Of a stretch of DNA of 64,000 bases, positions 37,217 through 47,160 are shown in pieces. Each line of letters opens with the position of its first letter. Position 1 is the first letter of the stretch. A program made the translations under genes and the position numbers. The DNA lies in IMG/VR virus record IMGVR_UViG_3300027816_000057. One strand, given 5' to 3'. The stretch is from a virus. The notes under the pieces are model-generated. The model had not been told where the DNA came from. It saw only the letters and a program-made list of their open reading frames with translations, and did no database searches.

Positions 37217-37620
37217 TCACTAAGGGAACTATTCGATTTTCCAGAGTAACAACAAATAAAGACCCTGGTTTTTATTTTATTGTTGAAATTGATGATGAAA
37301 CAAGTGGATGTAGGCTAGCTTCTGTTTCTATTCCTCCGGATCAAATAGGACATTTTTTTGGTAATATGTTGGCGACTGCAGAAATTGAAACATATAATAA
37401 TCAACATAAACTAGGTAAAAAACTAGTTGATGAAGATATTCTAGTTGACCTATCTAAATTTAAAAAATATTCTTATCAAGAAGAGCCTAAACTAAAAACA
37501 GATATTATAAACTATCTTAAAAAAGAGTATCCTGAGTGGGAGCCTTTCGGAATTGATCCTAACAATTACAAAAAAATAGACAACGATCAATTAAGAGTTA
37601 CATTAAGAAAATGGATTTAA
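37204..37620 (+). CDS. hypothetical protein
   Basis: Coupled ORF. Confidence 0.65.
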   Translation: MERLITKGTIRFSRVTTNKDPGFYFIVEIDDETSGCRLASVSIPPDQIGHFFGNMLATAEIETYNNQHKLGKKLVDEDILVDLSKFKKYSYQEEPKLKTDIINYLKKEYPEWEPFGIDPNNYKKIDNDQLRVTLRKWI

Positions 37621-38183
37621 ATATGGAACTTCGATACTGTGAAAAGTGGACCGGTCAATATAAAGGTTTTTATTTTGAGATTTCTTGTCACGAAATAAGA
37701 GATTGTTTATCTGACGATAAAAATAAAAAAAAGAAATGCTGGTGTTATTATCTATATATAAATGAAAAACAGGTACCAGACGAGCTTAAATCTAACTTTA
37801 TATTAGTTCCTGATCTTACTAAAGATTATTCTAGATATAATTATTATGACGATATTTGTGCATTAGCAAAAATAAAATGGCACGGCGGTATAACATTCTA
37901 TAATTTAGAAAACGGATGCGTCAAAGCTGGTTGCGATTTTTCCCATATTTGGGACGACGGAGTTTTCTATAATTTAGAATATGTGACGTTTGAATGTCAA
38001 AGAACTATTGATGATCTTATAAGTAAATATCCTAATTTAAAAATTAGATGTCAGTATAACGGAAAATATTACGATCAATCAGTTATGAAACCTTATGGAG
38101 ATAGTTATATTTCCCAAGAAGGCGAAAAAGAAAAAGGCTTGCATTTGTCAAACATGATTAAAAATGATCTCAAACAGATATAA
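37611..38183 (+). CDS. hypothetical protein
   Basis: WHGGITF..GCDFSH motif. Confidence 0.7.
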   Translation: MDLNMELRYCEKWTGQYKGFYFEISCHEIRDCLSDDKNKKKKCWCYYLYINEKQVPDELKSNFILVPDLTKDYSRYNYYDDICALAKIKWHGGITFYNLENGCVKAGCDFSHIWDDGVFYNLEYVTFECQRTIDDLISKYPNLKIRCQYNGKYYDQSVMKPYGDSYISQEGEKEKGLHLSNMIKNDLKQI

Positions 38184-38189
38184 TAGCGT

Positions 38190-38579
38190 ATGCTGAAAAA
38201 CGCTGACGAATATCTGAATATCGCCATGTCTTTGATTGGTGATATTGACTGCACCAATAAGCATATCAGTTTTATTATTCAGCGAAACCGCATCCTCTCA
38301 ATTGGTACTAACAGTTCTAAGACTCACCCCTTGGCAGTTCGCAAAGGATATCCGCTAGAGCAAATGCATTCTGAGTTAACTGCGGTTATTCGAGCGGGGC
38401 GTAATGTGGAATTAAAAAAGTGTCGTCTTGTAAATGTCCGTCTTAGTTCTACATCTTTGGTAGTCGATAGACCCATTCTTAGATTGTCTAAGCCTTGTAA
38501 AATTTGTTCTTCTTGGTGTCTAGGTCTTTTTAAAGAAATTTATTACACAGACGAAAACGGATTTGTTAAGTATGAGTAG
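38190..38579 (+). CDS. cytidine deaminase-like protein (leaderless)
   Basis: HSE...SKPCKIC zinc motif. Confidence 0.75.
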   Translation: MLKNADEYLNIAMSLIGDIDCTNKHISFIIQRNRILSIGTNSSKTHPLAVRKGYPLEQMHSELTAVIRAGRNVELKKCRLVNVRLSSTSLVVDRPILRLSKPCKICSSWCLGLFKEIYYTDENGFVKYE

Positions 38580-38955
38580 AAAATCATTTACAATTATTTC
38601 GCTGTTTTTTATATTAGCTGTTAATTTAGCGGATATATATTTAACGTGGGAATTTTATCATACAGGATTAATGACTGAATTAAATCCATTAGTCTTGTCG
38701 TTTTTAAATCACTCGGTTTTAGCTACTTTTATATATAAAGTTTTTTGCACATTACCAATATGTTTTTTAATAATTCACTTGCAAAACAAAAAATATTATA
38801 AAACAGTCAACGCTATAGCTTTAAGTATTTGTTTTTTCCTCTCTTTATGGTGGGTACAATATCTTGAAAACGAAGTAAAATTTTATCTTGAAAGCGATAT
38901 AAATTATATACTAAAGCTGGAAGAGTATCGTAAACTTTATCCAGATAATTACTAG
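38572..38955 (+). CDS. DUF5658-like membrane protein
   Basis: D..LT...ELNPLV plus transmembrane helices. Confidence 0.6.
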   Translation: MSRKSFTIISLFFILAVNLADIYLTWEFYHTGLMTELNPLVLSFLNHSVLATFIYKVFCTLPICFLIIHLQNKKYYKTVNAIALSICFFLSLWWVQYLENEVKFYLESDINYILKLEEYRKLYPDNY

Positions 38956-39325
38956 GAGATTTTATGAAGCAGAGCGGTTTTGTCGGTAGCGGTTGTACAA
39001 TTTCAGTATTTGGTTTGCCGGTTCATAATCCCGAACCTTCTACTGATCGTGGTCGTCGTCGTCTAGCTAAGCTGAACAATCAGCAGCAGGAGAATCGGCG
39101 TAAATCTTGGAATAAAAATAGGACTAATCGCCAAAGTCGGTATCAGAAAATGATCGGAAGTCTAGGTCTAACACGAGGAGTATAATATGGATCATAAACT
39201 ATACAAACAAATACGTCAGTTTATTAACGAGCTTTCCCAAGCCCGAGAAGTCGATCCTGTTTGGCTAAAAAACAAATCGCGTGAAATTATGTATTCTATT
39301 GACAGTTATGAGGAATCTTTTAAAA

Positions 39326-39892
39326 ATGAAAAATCGGATAATGACGGCGGTTTCGGCCTTAGTAATTACTAATTGTAATGCTTCTGTTTATACAGGAAAT
39401 AATCAGTATTATAATTACAATATAAATACAGGTAATCTGTTTTCTAGTGTCCAGCTAAATAATAATAAGTTTAAATTTTTAGCTAATGGATATAATATTG
39501 TTCAAAACAGTCCCGGATTTAATTTTATTCAGGATACTTCATTTATTAATCTAATTGGTAATAATTATACTTTTACTAATTTAGTAATTACAGTTAAAGG
39601 TAAAGCTAAAGTTTATAATGGAGGATATATACCGACTTTATCAACAAACTTTAATACTTTTGACTCTTATCAAAACAATACTGAAAATTTTTCTTTAGCT
39701 CGATCTCTTAATTTTAATAATTCGATAATCAGCATATCTATGGGCACTTCTCTGTTTCTTTATAATCTAGATTATCAGGTTATGTCGGTAGCTATTGAAC
39801 AAATGGAAGTCGAGGTTTACGGTAATCCTATACCGACTTATTCTACATCTTTACCTTTATTTTTAATGATAGCATCTAGACGTAAACGCTAA
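39326..39892 (+). CDS. secreted protein with PEP-CTERM-like sorting tail
   Basis: Signal-peptide-like start; C-terminus IPTYSTSLPLFLMIASRRKR. Confidence 0.6.
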   Translation: MKNRIMTAVSALVITNCNASVYTGNNQYYNYNINTGNLFSSVQLNNNKFKFLANGYNIVQNSPGFNFIQDTSFINLIGNNYTFTNLVITVKGKAKVYNGGYIPTLSTNFNTFDSYQNNTENFSLARSLNFNNSIISISMGTSLFLYNLDYQVMSVAIEQMEVEVYGNPIPTYSTSLPLFLMIASRRKR

Positions 39893-41460
39893 AGGGTATT
39901 TAACGCACGGTTAGCTTTTAAAGCTTTTAGAGTCAAATTGTTTGGATCTGCACTGGTAATAAAAGTTGGATTTTCGCCGTATCCCGCTATAAATAAATTA
40001 AAAGCGTCTTGTGTATCCGTTGATACTGATAAAAACATATTTATACCGCTGTTATCCACGAATGGATTATTAATTCCGCTTATATCAGCGTAAGCCGCGT
40101 TAAGATAATTATTAAATCCTTGCTGTTGTTCAACATATCTATTCCAAAAATAAGATGTGTTATCGTTATTATAATCTAGCGACTGTCCGCTTCCATACAG
40201 ATAACCTCCGGTAAATAAATTGGTAGTGTATCCGCCGACCGATGGACTACCAAAAGATAATACGGTTCTATTACCACATTCTGGTGGTTTGAAAAATCCA
40301 CTTATATTTCCCGATGATGCGGTATTTATAACTATAAATCTTTTAGCCGCATTATCCCAAGAAAAATTGACTGGACCCAACAGCCAAGGACAAAGATAAG
40401 TATTAGTTTGATTAATACCAGTATTTACGGTAAAAAGACTTGTATGATTTTGTATTCCTGTATTAATTACACCAGCTACTTGATTCATATTAGTACAAGA
40501 AGTAAAATTTAATCCAGTAACATTTACAGGTATATTAGATATAGTTATTCTAAATCCACCGTTATTTATAGTATTCCAAGCAGAAACATCGCCTAAATTA
40601 ACCGATGGGCTGAAAAAATATCTAAATCCTGCTATATATGAGGCTGAATCCCATAATATCATTCCGTGCCCATATCTTCTACTTCCGCTTAAATTTATAT
40701 TAATTAATTCCCAACTCTTAATTTTTCCAATCCAAGCTGTACTAGGATGAAACCAGTAGTTAGTAAAAGTATAAATTTCTTTATCGGCTCCAAAATTACC
40801 ACTAACCAAAGCTAGACTCTCGTTTACAAAATTATAATATCGAGTAGCGTCTGAGTTACCGTAATAACTAAAAGTTGGTATCACAAAAATATCATTATAT
40901 TGATTAAGAGGTCTGTCTGTATATCCTCCGTCACCGTCATATCTTTTATTTAATCTAGTAAAAGCGTTTACCCAATTATTATAATTTGTTAAATTATTCA
41001 AATTTCCCGTAGGACCAAAATAATTTCTTATCGCACCTAAAGCCCAAAAAGAAACTTTTAAACCGGAATTAATAGCTTTAGTTCTATTATATAGAGACTC
41101 AAATTCATTTAAATAAGCATCAACAGTAAGTTCTGAATGATTAGTTATGTCAGTTTTAAAAGCAGATAATTCTAAATCATAGCATATATAATCTTGATTT
41201 CTTGATAATGCTTCATTAATAGCAAAAACAAGCTCTTCGTCAGTTATTCTACTAGCTACAATATCTCTTGATCCAACAACATTGACCGATTCATTTAATC
41301 GAAAAGAAGATATACCCGATCCAAAAAAAAGTCCCGACTGAGTTCCTTGAAACCCCTGCATATCTTCTAAAAATTTAAATTTAGTATTATCTAAATAAGT
41401 TTTTCCTAAATTGATAAAGTCCCCTGTAGGCTGAAGTAGATTATATCTTTTATAATTCAT
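39889..41460 (-). CDS. glycoside-hydrolase-like TIM barrel with tail-sheath-like (DUF3383-like) segment
   Basis: CYDLE and GMILWD shared with 61411; GGFRITI..GLNFTS..QVAGVIN segment; GTGTATAAT promoter. Confidence 0.5.
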   Translation of the reverse strand: MNYKRYNLLQPTGDFINLGKTYLDNTKFKFLEDMQGFQGTQSGLFFGSGISSFRLNESVNVVGSRDIVASRITDEELVFAINEALSRNQDYICYDLELSAFKTDITNHSELTVDAYLNEFESLYNRTKAINSGLKVSFWALGAIRNYFGPTGNLNNLTNYNNWVNAFTRLNKRYDGDGGYTDRPLNQYNDIFVIPTFSYYGNSDATRYYNFVNESLALVSGNFGADKEIYTFTNYWFHPSTAWIGKIKSWELININLSGSRRYGHGMILWDSASYIAGFRYFFSPSVNLGDVSAWNTINNGGFRITISNIPVNVTGLNFTSCTNMNQVAGVINTGIQNHTSLFTVNTGINQTNTYLCPWLLGPVNFSWDNAAKRFIVINTASSGNISGFFKPPECGNRTVLSFGSPSVGGYTTNLFTGGYLYGSGQSLDYNNDNTSYFWNRYVEQQQGFNNYLNAAYADISGINNPFVDNSGINMFLSVSTDTQDAFNLFIAGYGENPTFITSADPNNLTLKALKANRALNTL

Positions 41461-41465
41461 AATTG

Positions 41466-41474
41466 ATTATACAC
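41466..41474 (-). promoter_or_regulatory. class II promoter GTGTATAAT
   Basis: 5 nt before the ATG; also at 47147 and 61394. Confidence 0.55.
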
Positions 41475-41508
41475 CCTAAAAATGCATATTAAATTGATAT
41501 AATAGACT

Positions 41509-41760
41509 ATGGTATTAATGCCGGAAAGACATATCGTTTTAGCTAAATTTAAAAGAATTTGGAACGAATCTTTTGTCGGCGATATAATCGATAATGCGTT
41601 TTTAATTAATAATGTAGTTAACAAATTAGCGGATCAAACAAAAAACGAAGTAGAAATAGGTTCTTGGTGTACTTTAATTATTGAGGGTACTTTATTTACA
41701 AAAGACGAGTGTATATCTATTTTAGACGGAAAGATTAAGGAAAGGAAAAAATATGCTTGA
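41509..41760 (+). CDS. hypothetical protein (leaderless)
   Basis: GATATAAT-N5-ATG, divergent from 41460. Confidence 0.65.
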   Translation: MVLMPERHIVLAKFKRIWNESFVGDIIDNAFLINNVVNKLADQTKNEVEIGSWCTLIIEGTLFTKDECISILDGKIKERKKYA

Positions 41761-42107
41761 TGCTATTGATAAAGAGGCTATTCGAGAAGGTATTGCTATG
41801 ATTAAAATGTGTGGTTATCGAGGTAAAGTACCTAAGCGTAGAAGCACTATTCGTTTAAGTAAAGAGGGTTTAGCTAATGCTGTTGATAAATCAGCATTTA
41901 GAGGACTTTCAAGAAAGGTTGTTAAGAAATGATTTGGTTTATCCTAGGAGTTTTATTGTCTTTATTTGTTGTCTTTTGGTTTGCTCGTAAAAATACGCAA
42001 ACTCTAAATAATTTTTCTGAATCTTTTGTAAAATTTTGGAAAAATTTATATTCAAAAATCAAACGACGATAAATTAAAAAGAGTTTTCCGTATGATATAA
42101 TAAGCAT

Positions 42108-42602
42108 ATGGAAACTTCTAAGAAAACATATCGGAATAAAAGCGAAGAGAATTTCTTTGGGGTTTTGATTGAAAACCCAAAAGTTCCGCAAAATTCATCT
42201 ATCGTTTTTAGAACGGCGGTAGGTTTAGGAAATGTAGATTTTATCGGAACCGTTGGCACTAAATATCACGACTGTCATTCAAATGTAGTTAAAGCACAAA
42301 GAATTCTACCGTGCTGGAATTTTCCTGATTTTAAGACATTTCATGGACAACTACCTATGAATTGTGTTATTGTTGGTGCTGAAATTGATGAACGATCGGT
42401 ACCTATTGAAAATTTTGTATGGCCGGATCGATGTGTTCTTTTGCTTGGAAATGAAAAAGATGGTCTATCTAAAGAAGCTCGTAGCGGTTGTCATAAACTA
42501 GTTAAACTTCCAAATCCTAGAGAGTTGTCTTTTAATTTAGCTATGGCAGGTTCTATGCTTATGTATGATCGATATTGTAAACGTATTAAAGCGGGGTTGT
42601 AG
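42108..42602 (+). CDS. TrmH/SpoU family RNA 2'-O-methyltransferase
   Basis: PQN...RTA, LLLGNEKDGL and SFNLAMAG SPOUT motifs. Confidence 0.85.
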   Translation: METSKKTYRNKSEENFFGVLIENPKVPQNSSIVFRTAVGLGNVDFIGTVGTKYHDCHSNVVKAQRILPCWNFPDFKTFHGQLPMNCVIVGAEIDERSVPIENFVWPDRCVLLLGNEKDGLSKEARSGCHKLVKLPNPRELSFNLAMAGSMLMYDRYCKRIKAGL

Positions 42603-42664
42603 CTCATCGGTAGAGCGGAAAACTGTTAATTTTCTGGTAGTAGGTTCAATTCCTACCTACCCCT
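42593..42664 (+). tRNA. tRNA-Asn(GTT)
   Basis: GGGGTTG/CTACCCC; anticodon arm GAAAA-CTGTTAA-TTTTC. Confidence 0.88.
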
Positions 42665-42668
42665 TTAG

Positions 42669-42757
42669 GCGGGATGTTCCATGAATCCGACTGTAAATCG
42701 GATGAGTGTTATATATTCATGGTGGATGCTCGGAAAGTTCAATTCTTTCATCCCGCA
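42669..42757 (+). tRNA. non-canonical tRNA-Tyr(GTA)-like RNA lacking a D arm
   Basis: GCGGGAT/ATCCCGC; TCCGA-CTGTAAA-TCGGA; T arm GAAAG-TTCAATT-CTTTC; about 30-nt variable region. Confidence 0.7.
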
Positions 42758-42789
42758 TTTAAAAATATCATTAAATCGGAGTATTTATA

Positions 42790-42969
42790 ATGAGAGTATG
42801 GGAATTAATAGAAAAACTATCTAAATACGATCAAAATATGCCTGTTAAAATTTCTGCATATGAATCTTTTATTACAGATGCTGGAACAGATCTAGGAGAT
42901 TTTATCGAAAAAGATATTGATGATATATATGATCTTGAAAGTAGATTAGTAATAAGGGGCGAATATTAA
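42790..42969 (+). CDS. 59-aa hypothetical protein (not in ORF track)
   Basis: MRVWELIEKLSKYD, similar to 21388. Confidence 0.55.
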   Translation: MRVWELIEKLSKYDQNMPVKISAYESFITDAGTDLGDFIEKDIDDIYDLESRLVIRGEY

Positions 42970-43021
42970 ACATTGAATTTTCAAACCGCTTAAATTTTTA
43001 AAAAAGGAGATATAATAGAGT

Positions 43022-43339
43022 ATGAATACAAACATTTATCGTCGTTATGTTCGTCGTCGCAGGCGTGGTCAGGATGTTCCCGTAGGTCTTTTGGTTGCGG
43101 AACGTTTTTCCGAAACTGTGTTTAAACTCGGCTATAGTATTTGCCATAGTACCGACCAGTTTAATCGAAAAGAAGCTTTTGCCGTCGCTACCGAGCGACT
43201 AGTTAACGAACCTATTATTGTTGATCTTAGAGACAGAGATGATATCGAATTAGCTTTAACCAGACTTCCGCATTCGTTTGTTCGTCTCGCAGACAATTTT
43301 CTTACTCTGCAACGTGGTCGTATGCGTACAAGTCTTTAA
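43022..43339 (+). CDS. hypothetical protein (leaderless)
   Basis: GYSICH..DQFNRKEA motif. Confidence 0.7.
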   Translation: MNTNIYRRYVRRRRRGQDVPVGLLVAERFSETVFKLGYSICHSTDQFNRKEAFAVATERLVNEPIIVDLRDRDDIELALTRLPHSFVRLADNFLTLQRGRMRTSL

Positions 43340-43380
43340 TTCACTAAATGTGGCATCTTTAGCGAGGTGCCATTATTTTT

Positions 43381-44565
43381 ATGCCTGATATTGCCAATCA
43401 ATCTATCCGTCCAAAAAGTCTTGATGAAATTATCGGTCTTGAAGAAATTAAAACTTCGATTAATTACGATCTTAAAGGTGCTAAGATTAGAGGATGTGAT
43501 TATCCTCACTATATTTTGTCTGCGGCACCGGGGCAAGGTAAAACTACCTTAGCTGATATTATTGCATCACTCACCGAGGGTAATATTCATAAGGTGTTAG
43601 GAAACGATCTTAAATCATCAGATGATATTTACACCATTCTACAACAGGCAAAAGACGGAGATGTAGTCTTTGTAGAAGAAGCACATGGAATTAATAAGAA
43701 AGTTGATACCGTACTTTTACCTATCCTTGAAGAAGGTGAAGTAATAGGCGGTGCTAATTGGGGCTTGCTTAAAGCACCAAAAGTTGTTTTTATCTTTGCT
43801 ACTACTAATGCTGGTAGACTTTCTCAGGCACTTAGAAACAGATGTAAAGTATTGCAGCTACGATTCTATTCAGTAGATGAATTATGTTTAATTTTGAAGC
43901 GAGCTGCGACTATTCTAGGCTATCAGTTTGAAAATGCCGAAGCTCTTCGTTTACTTGCTCAGTCCAGCCGTGGTACACCTAGAACTGCGGTAGAACAAAG
44001 ACTAGAAGCGGTATTAAATGTTATGGCGGTAGATAGTCTGCCGTTTAGTATTGATACAGTAAAAAAGTCTCTAGAATTAAACGGTGTTAACGAGTGGGGT
44101 CTAGAACGTAACGATCTCAATTATTGTGAAACTCTATACAGAATCCAAACTGATAACGGTAATCGTCCTGTATCTCTAAAAATTATCAGTCAAACACTTA
44201 ATCTATCCGATGATGTAATCGAAATTATTGAACAGTATCTAAATCAAATTGGTGTTATTGTTATTACGTCGCGAGGACGAATACTTTCTGCTTTAGGATA
44301 CAATATTATCGGAAAAGAAAGATTACCGGAAAACCTAGAGATTAAAGGGGCGATTGATTTTATACCTAACATCAGTCCTAACATTAAAGCCCTTGCTGAG
44401 TCCTCTGACTTTGAAACAAGATTAAAGGGAGGCGAGTTTAAAACCATACGAGATATTTGTGTCGCATATGGTTTACGTTATGGTATCGATAATGATATTG
44501 TTAAAATTGAATTAGCTAAATACGGTTATAAATCATCTCAGCGTAGCGGCATCAGAAGTAATTAA
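43381..44565 (+). CDS. ruvB: RuvB-like Holliday junction AAA+ ATPase with C-terminal extension
   Basis: RPKSLDEIIG, PGQGKTTLA, ATT..G.LS.ALRNR, SRGTPR and TSRGR. Confidence 0.85.
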   Translation: MPDIANQSIRPKSLDEIIGLEEIKTSINYDLKGAKIRGCDYPHYILSAAPGQGKTTLADIIASLTEGNIHKVLGNDLKSSDDIYTILQQAKDGDVVFVEEAHGINKKVDTVLLPILEEGEVIGGANWGLLKAPKVVFIFATTNAGRLSQALRNRCKVLQLRFYSVDELCLILKRAATILGYQFENAEALRLLAQSSRGTPRTAVEQRLEAVLNVMAVDSLPFSIDTVKKSLELNGVNEWGLERNDLNYCETLYRIQTDNGNRPVSLKIISQTLNLSDDVIEIIEQYLNQIGVIVITSRGRILSALGYNIIGKERLPENLEIKGAIDFIPNISPNIKALAESSDFETRLKGGEFKTIRDICVAYGLRYGIDNDIVKIELAKYGYKSSQRSGIRSN

Positions 44566-44567
44566 TT

Positions 44568-45029
44568 ATGATACTTACTGTTAACACAAAAGAAAATACA
44601 AAAAATTATGACTTTTCTTGCGAAAATTGCGGTCTAACCGTAGGAAAAAGAACTAAAGAATGGTGTGACTATGCAGGTTATTCAGATCAAAAATGGAAAC
44701 CTAAATTTATAGTCAGATGTGATCGTTGCCATCAGATTCATTTTACTCATTTAATGAGAGAAATAGATAAGGAGTTTTACAGAAAAATGGAAGAAAGTAC
44801 TCAAAATAACGTTAGTCAACCAGTCGAACAGTCGGTAAATATTAATTGGTCAGAAATTGACACTCTTATTTCTGACAGAAAACTAAAACTTGCTGACTAC
44901 GCTAAAACCCTAAATATGGCGGTAAACGAATTTAGGCAAGCCGTAGTTGATCATTACGGCAGTCGAGTAGTCTTTAGACGCGGTAGAGGCGGCGGTGTTA
45001 TGTTTAACGATCAAGCCTCAAATGAATAA
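44568..45029 (+). CDS. zinc-ribbon plus small DNA-binding domain protein
   Basis: CENC...CDRC; RRGRGGG. Confidence 0.65.
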   Translation: MILTVNTKENTKNYDFSCENCGLTVGKRTKEWCDYAGYSDQKWKPKFIVRCDRCHQIHFTHLMREIDKEFYRKMEESTQNNVSQPVEQSVNINWSEIDTLISDRKLKLADYAKTLNMAVNEFRQAVVDHYGSRVVFRRGRGGGVMFNDQASNE

Positions 45030-45318
45030 AAAAATAGAATTTATATTTAACAATAAAGAGAAACCGGAAATAGTATTTTCCGGTTCTTTTTCTTATTCAG
45101 ATTTTGCAAATATACTTTTATATTTTAGCAACGGTAATCCTTCTGATGTTATTTGCGATAAATTAGAATCTACTTTATCTCCTCTAGCTATAGAAAAAAT
45201 ACTTTCTAAGTATATGGGAAGTTTATCTAAATTAACAAAGAATACAAATCATCAAAATATAATTTCAGAATTAATCGAGGCTCAAAGACCGGCGATCAGC
45301 CCCAATAAAGAATAATAT

Positions 45319-45951
45319 ATGTTACACAACAACACGGTACAATTAATAGGGCATTACGGAAGTGATGAAATACATGCGTTATCGGCATGGACTTCAACAT
45401 CTAGAGAGTTATCAGACAGTAAAGTAGAGAGGATACCTGCGTTACTAAATATGCTAGCTAAAGAAGGTCATCATACACCTTTCGAAAAATCTTGTTTTCA
45501 TTTTTTAGTAACAACAGATGTAGCAAGCCATATACATTTAATAAAACATAGAATTAACGTTTCGGTAAATGCTGAGTCGGCAAGATATAAAGAATTAAAA
45601 GAAGATAAATATTACATCCCCTATGATTGGCCTGATAATTGGAAAAATAAACTAGAAGAATATACTGCACAAGGAAATAAACTATATCATGAAGCTATAG
45701 AGGATTTGACTAAGCAATACGGTTTCGACAGAAAAAGAGCGAAAGAATCAGCTAGATTCTTTAAAACTTACAATTCTCAAATTACATCAGATGTAATGTT
45801 TAATTTTAGAAGTTTTAATCATTTTCTTAGTTTAAGAAAAACAGAACATGCTCAAAAAGAAATTTTTTATGTAGCCTCAGATATGTTAAATCTAGTTAAA
45901 AATATACCTTCTAATCCGTTCAAATTTACTCTTGCAGCTTTTGGATATTAA
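45319..45951 (+). CDS. thyX: flavin-dependent thymidylate synthase
   Basis: HHTPFE, KHR..S..ESARY and LR..HAQKEI. Confidence 0.92.
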   Translation: MLHNNTVQLIGHYGSDEIHALSAWTSTSRELSDSKVERIPALLNMLAKEGHHTPFEKSCFHFLVTTDVASHIHLIKHRINVSVNAESARYKELKEDKYYIPYDWPDNWKNKLEEYTAQGNKLYHEAIEDLTKQYGFDRKRAKESARFFKTYNSQITSDVMFNFRSFNHFLSLRKTEHAQKEIFYVASDMLNLVKNIPSNPFKFTLAAFGY

Positions 45952-45953
45952 TT

Positions 45954-46487
45954 ATGTTCTTTGACAAAGACCCGGAAATTGTTTTTACGCATGTAGCTTG
46001 TCCCGTATGTCACGAAAAAACTGGACCAGATACAATCTGTTTTAACGATAAAGTAAAGCCTCAAACTATTAAAACCATAGATGGTACTTCTTTTACAGCT
46101 AGAAGCCCGTCGTGTCATTTTAGACAAAATAAACAAATTAGAGCTGAAACAAACTATACTGTTTCTAAAGCTTTAATAGATTATTTATCTGACAACACTT
46201 TAAATATTTCGTATATATCCGCACTGACTCCTTATTCTTTTGTTTTTTTTCCTGCAAATTTAGTACCGGAAGATTCTGTTAAAAATGAGATAGCTAATAA
46301 TTATCGTTCATTTATAAAACGACTGAATAGTCTAGAATCGGATTTAGTAGAAGATAAAAAAATTAATGTTGAAATAACGATAAATGGTAAAACTAAATCT
46401 TATAGTTTATTTAAAAGTTTGACGAACGAAATAGAGTCAATAAAAAATATAATTCCATTTGCCGAGATTAAAATAAATGATAAATAA
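45954..46487 (+). CDS. hypothetical protein
   Basis: ORF in operon. Confidence 0.65.
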   Translation: MFFDKDPEIVFTHVACPVCHEKTGPDTICFNDKVKPQTIKTIDGTSFTARSPSCHFRQNKQIRAETNYTVSKALIDYLSDNTLNISYISALTPYSFVFFPANLVPEDSVKNEIANNYRSFIKRLNSLESDLVEDKKINVEITINGKTKSYSLFKSLTNEIESIKNIIPFAEIKINDK

Positions 46488-47154
46488 ATACACTGAATGT
46501 TATCTAGGCGAATGCTTTGATTCTATGTTGATAGAAAAATTAGTTAAAGTTATATTAGATAACGGATATAAAGGAATAAGTCTTAGTCCATCAATTATAG
46601 ATATTGTTGGCGAATATACAAATTATCCAAATCTATATCTAAATCTAGATCATCCTTTTTCTTTTCATACGTCAGATATACGATTATTAGTACTAAAAGA
46701 ATATATTAAAAAATATAGCGAACTGATCAAAGGTATTAATTTAAGTCCGGTTTACTCGTTTTTAAATAATTGGTCAATTGAAAAAATAAGAGAAGATTTT
46801 GACATTATAGCAAAAATTTGTAATAAATCTAAAATAGAAACAAGAATGTTTTTAGATATAAGTTATTACTCAAATGATGTTATTTATAGAATAAGTGATC
46901 TAGCTAATCAGTCTGGAATAAACAGAGTAGTATTAGGATGTTTCAATAAAAAATATTTTAATCTACAAGATACTTTAATTCATATAGATAAGATCAAAAA
47001 GTTCTCTAATATTAAAACAGGTATATTTGGAGCGTTTGATTTAGATGAAACAAATGATTATAAGTACTTTTCAGAGTCAAATTTAAAGACAGGTAACGAC
47101 ATAATTTTTTTAAAACCTAAAAAAATATTATCAAATTTTAACGATAGTGTATAA
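46477..47154 (+). CDS. degenerate DeoC-like TIM-barrel protein
   Basis: Overall pattern (DHPF, IRED) resembles the aldolase fold; catalytic motifs unclear. Confidence 0.4.
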   Translation: MINKYTECYLGECFDSMLIEKLVKVILDNGYKGISLSPSIIDIVGEYTNYPNLYLNLDHPFSFHTSDIRLLVLKEYIKKYSELIKGINLSPVYSFLNNWSIEKIREDFDIIAKICNKSKIETRMFLDISYYSNDVIYRISDLANQSGINRVVLGCFNKKYFNLQDTLIHIDKIKKFSNIKTGIFGAFDLDETNDYKYFSESNLKTGNDIIFLKPKKILSNFNDSV

Positions 47155-47160
47155 TGTATT

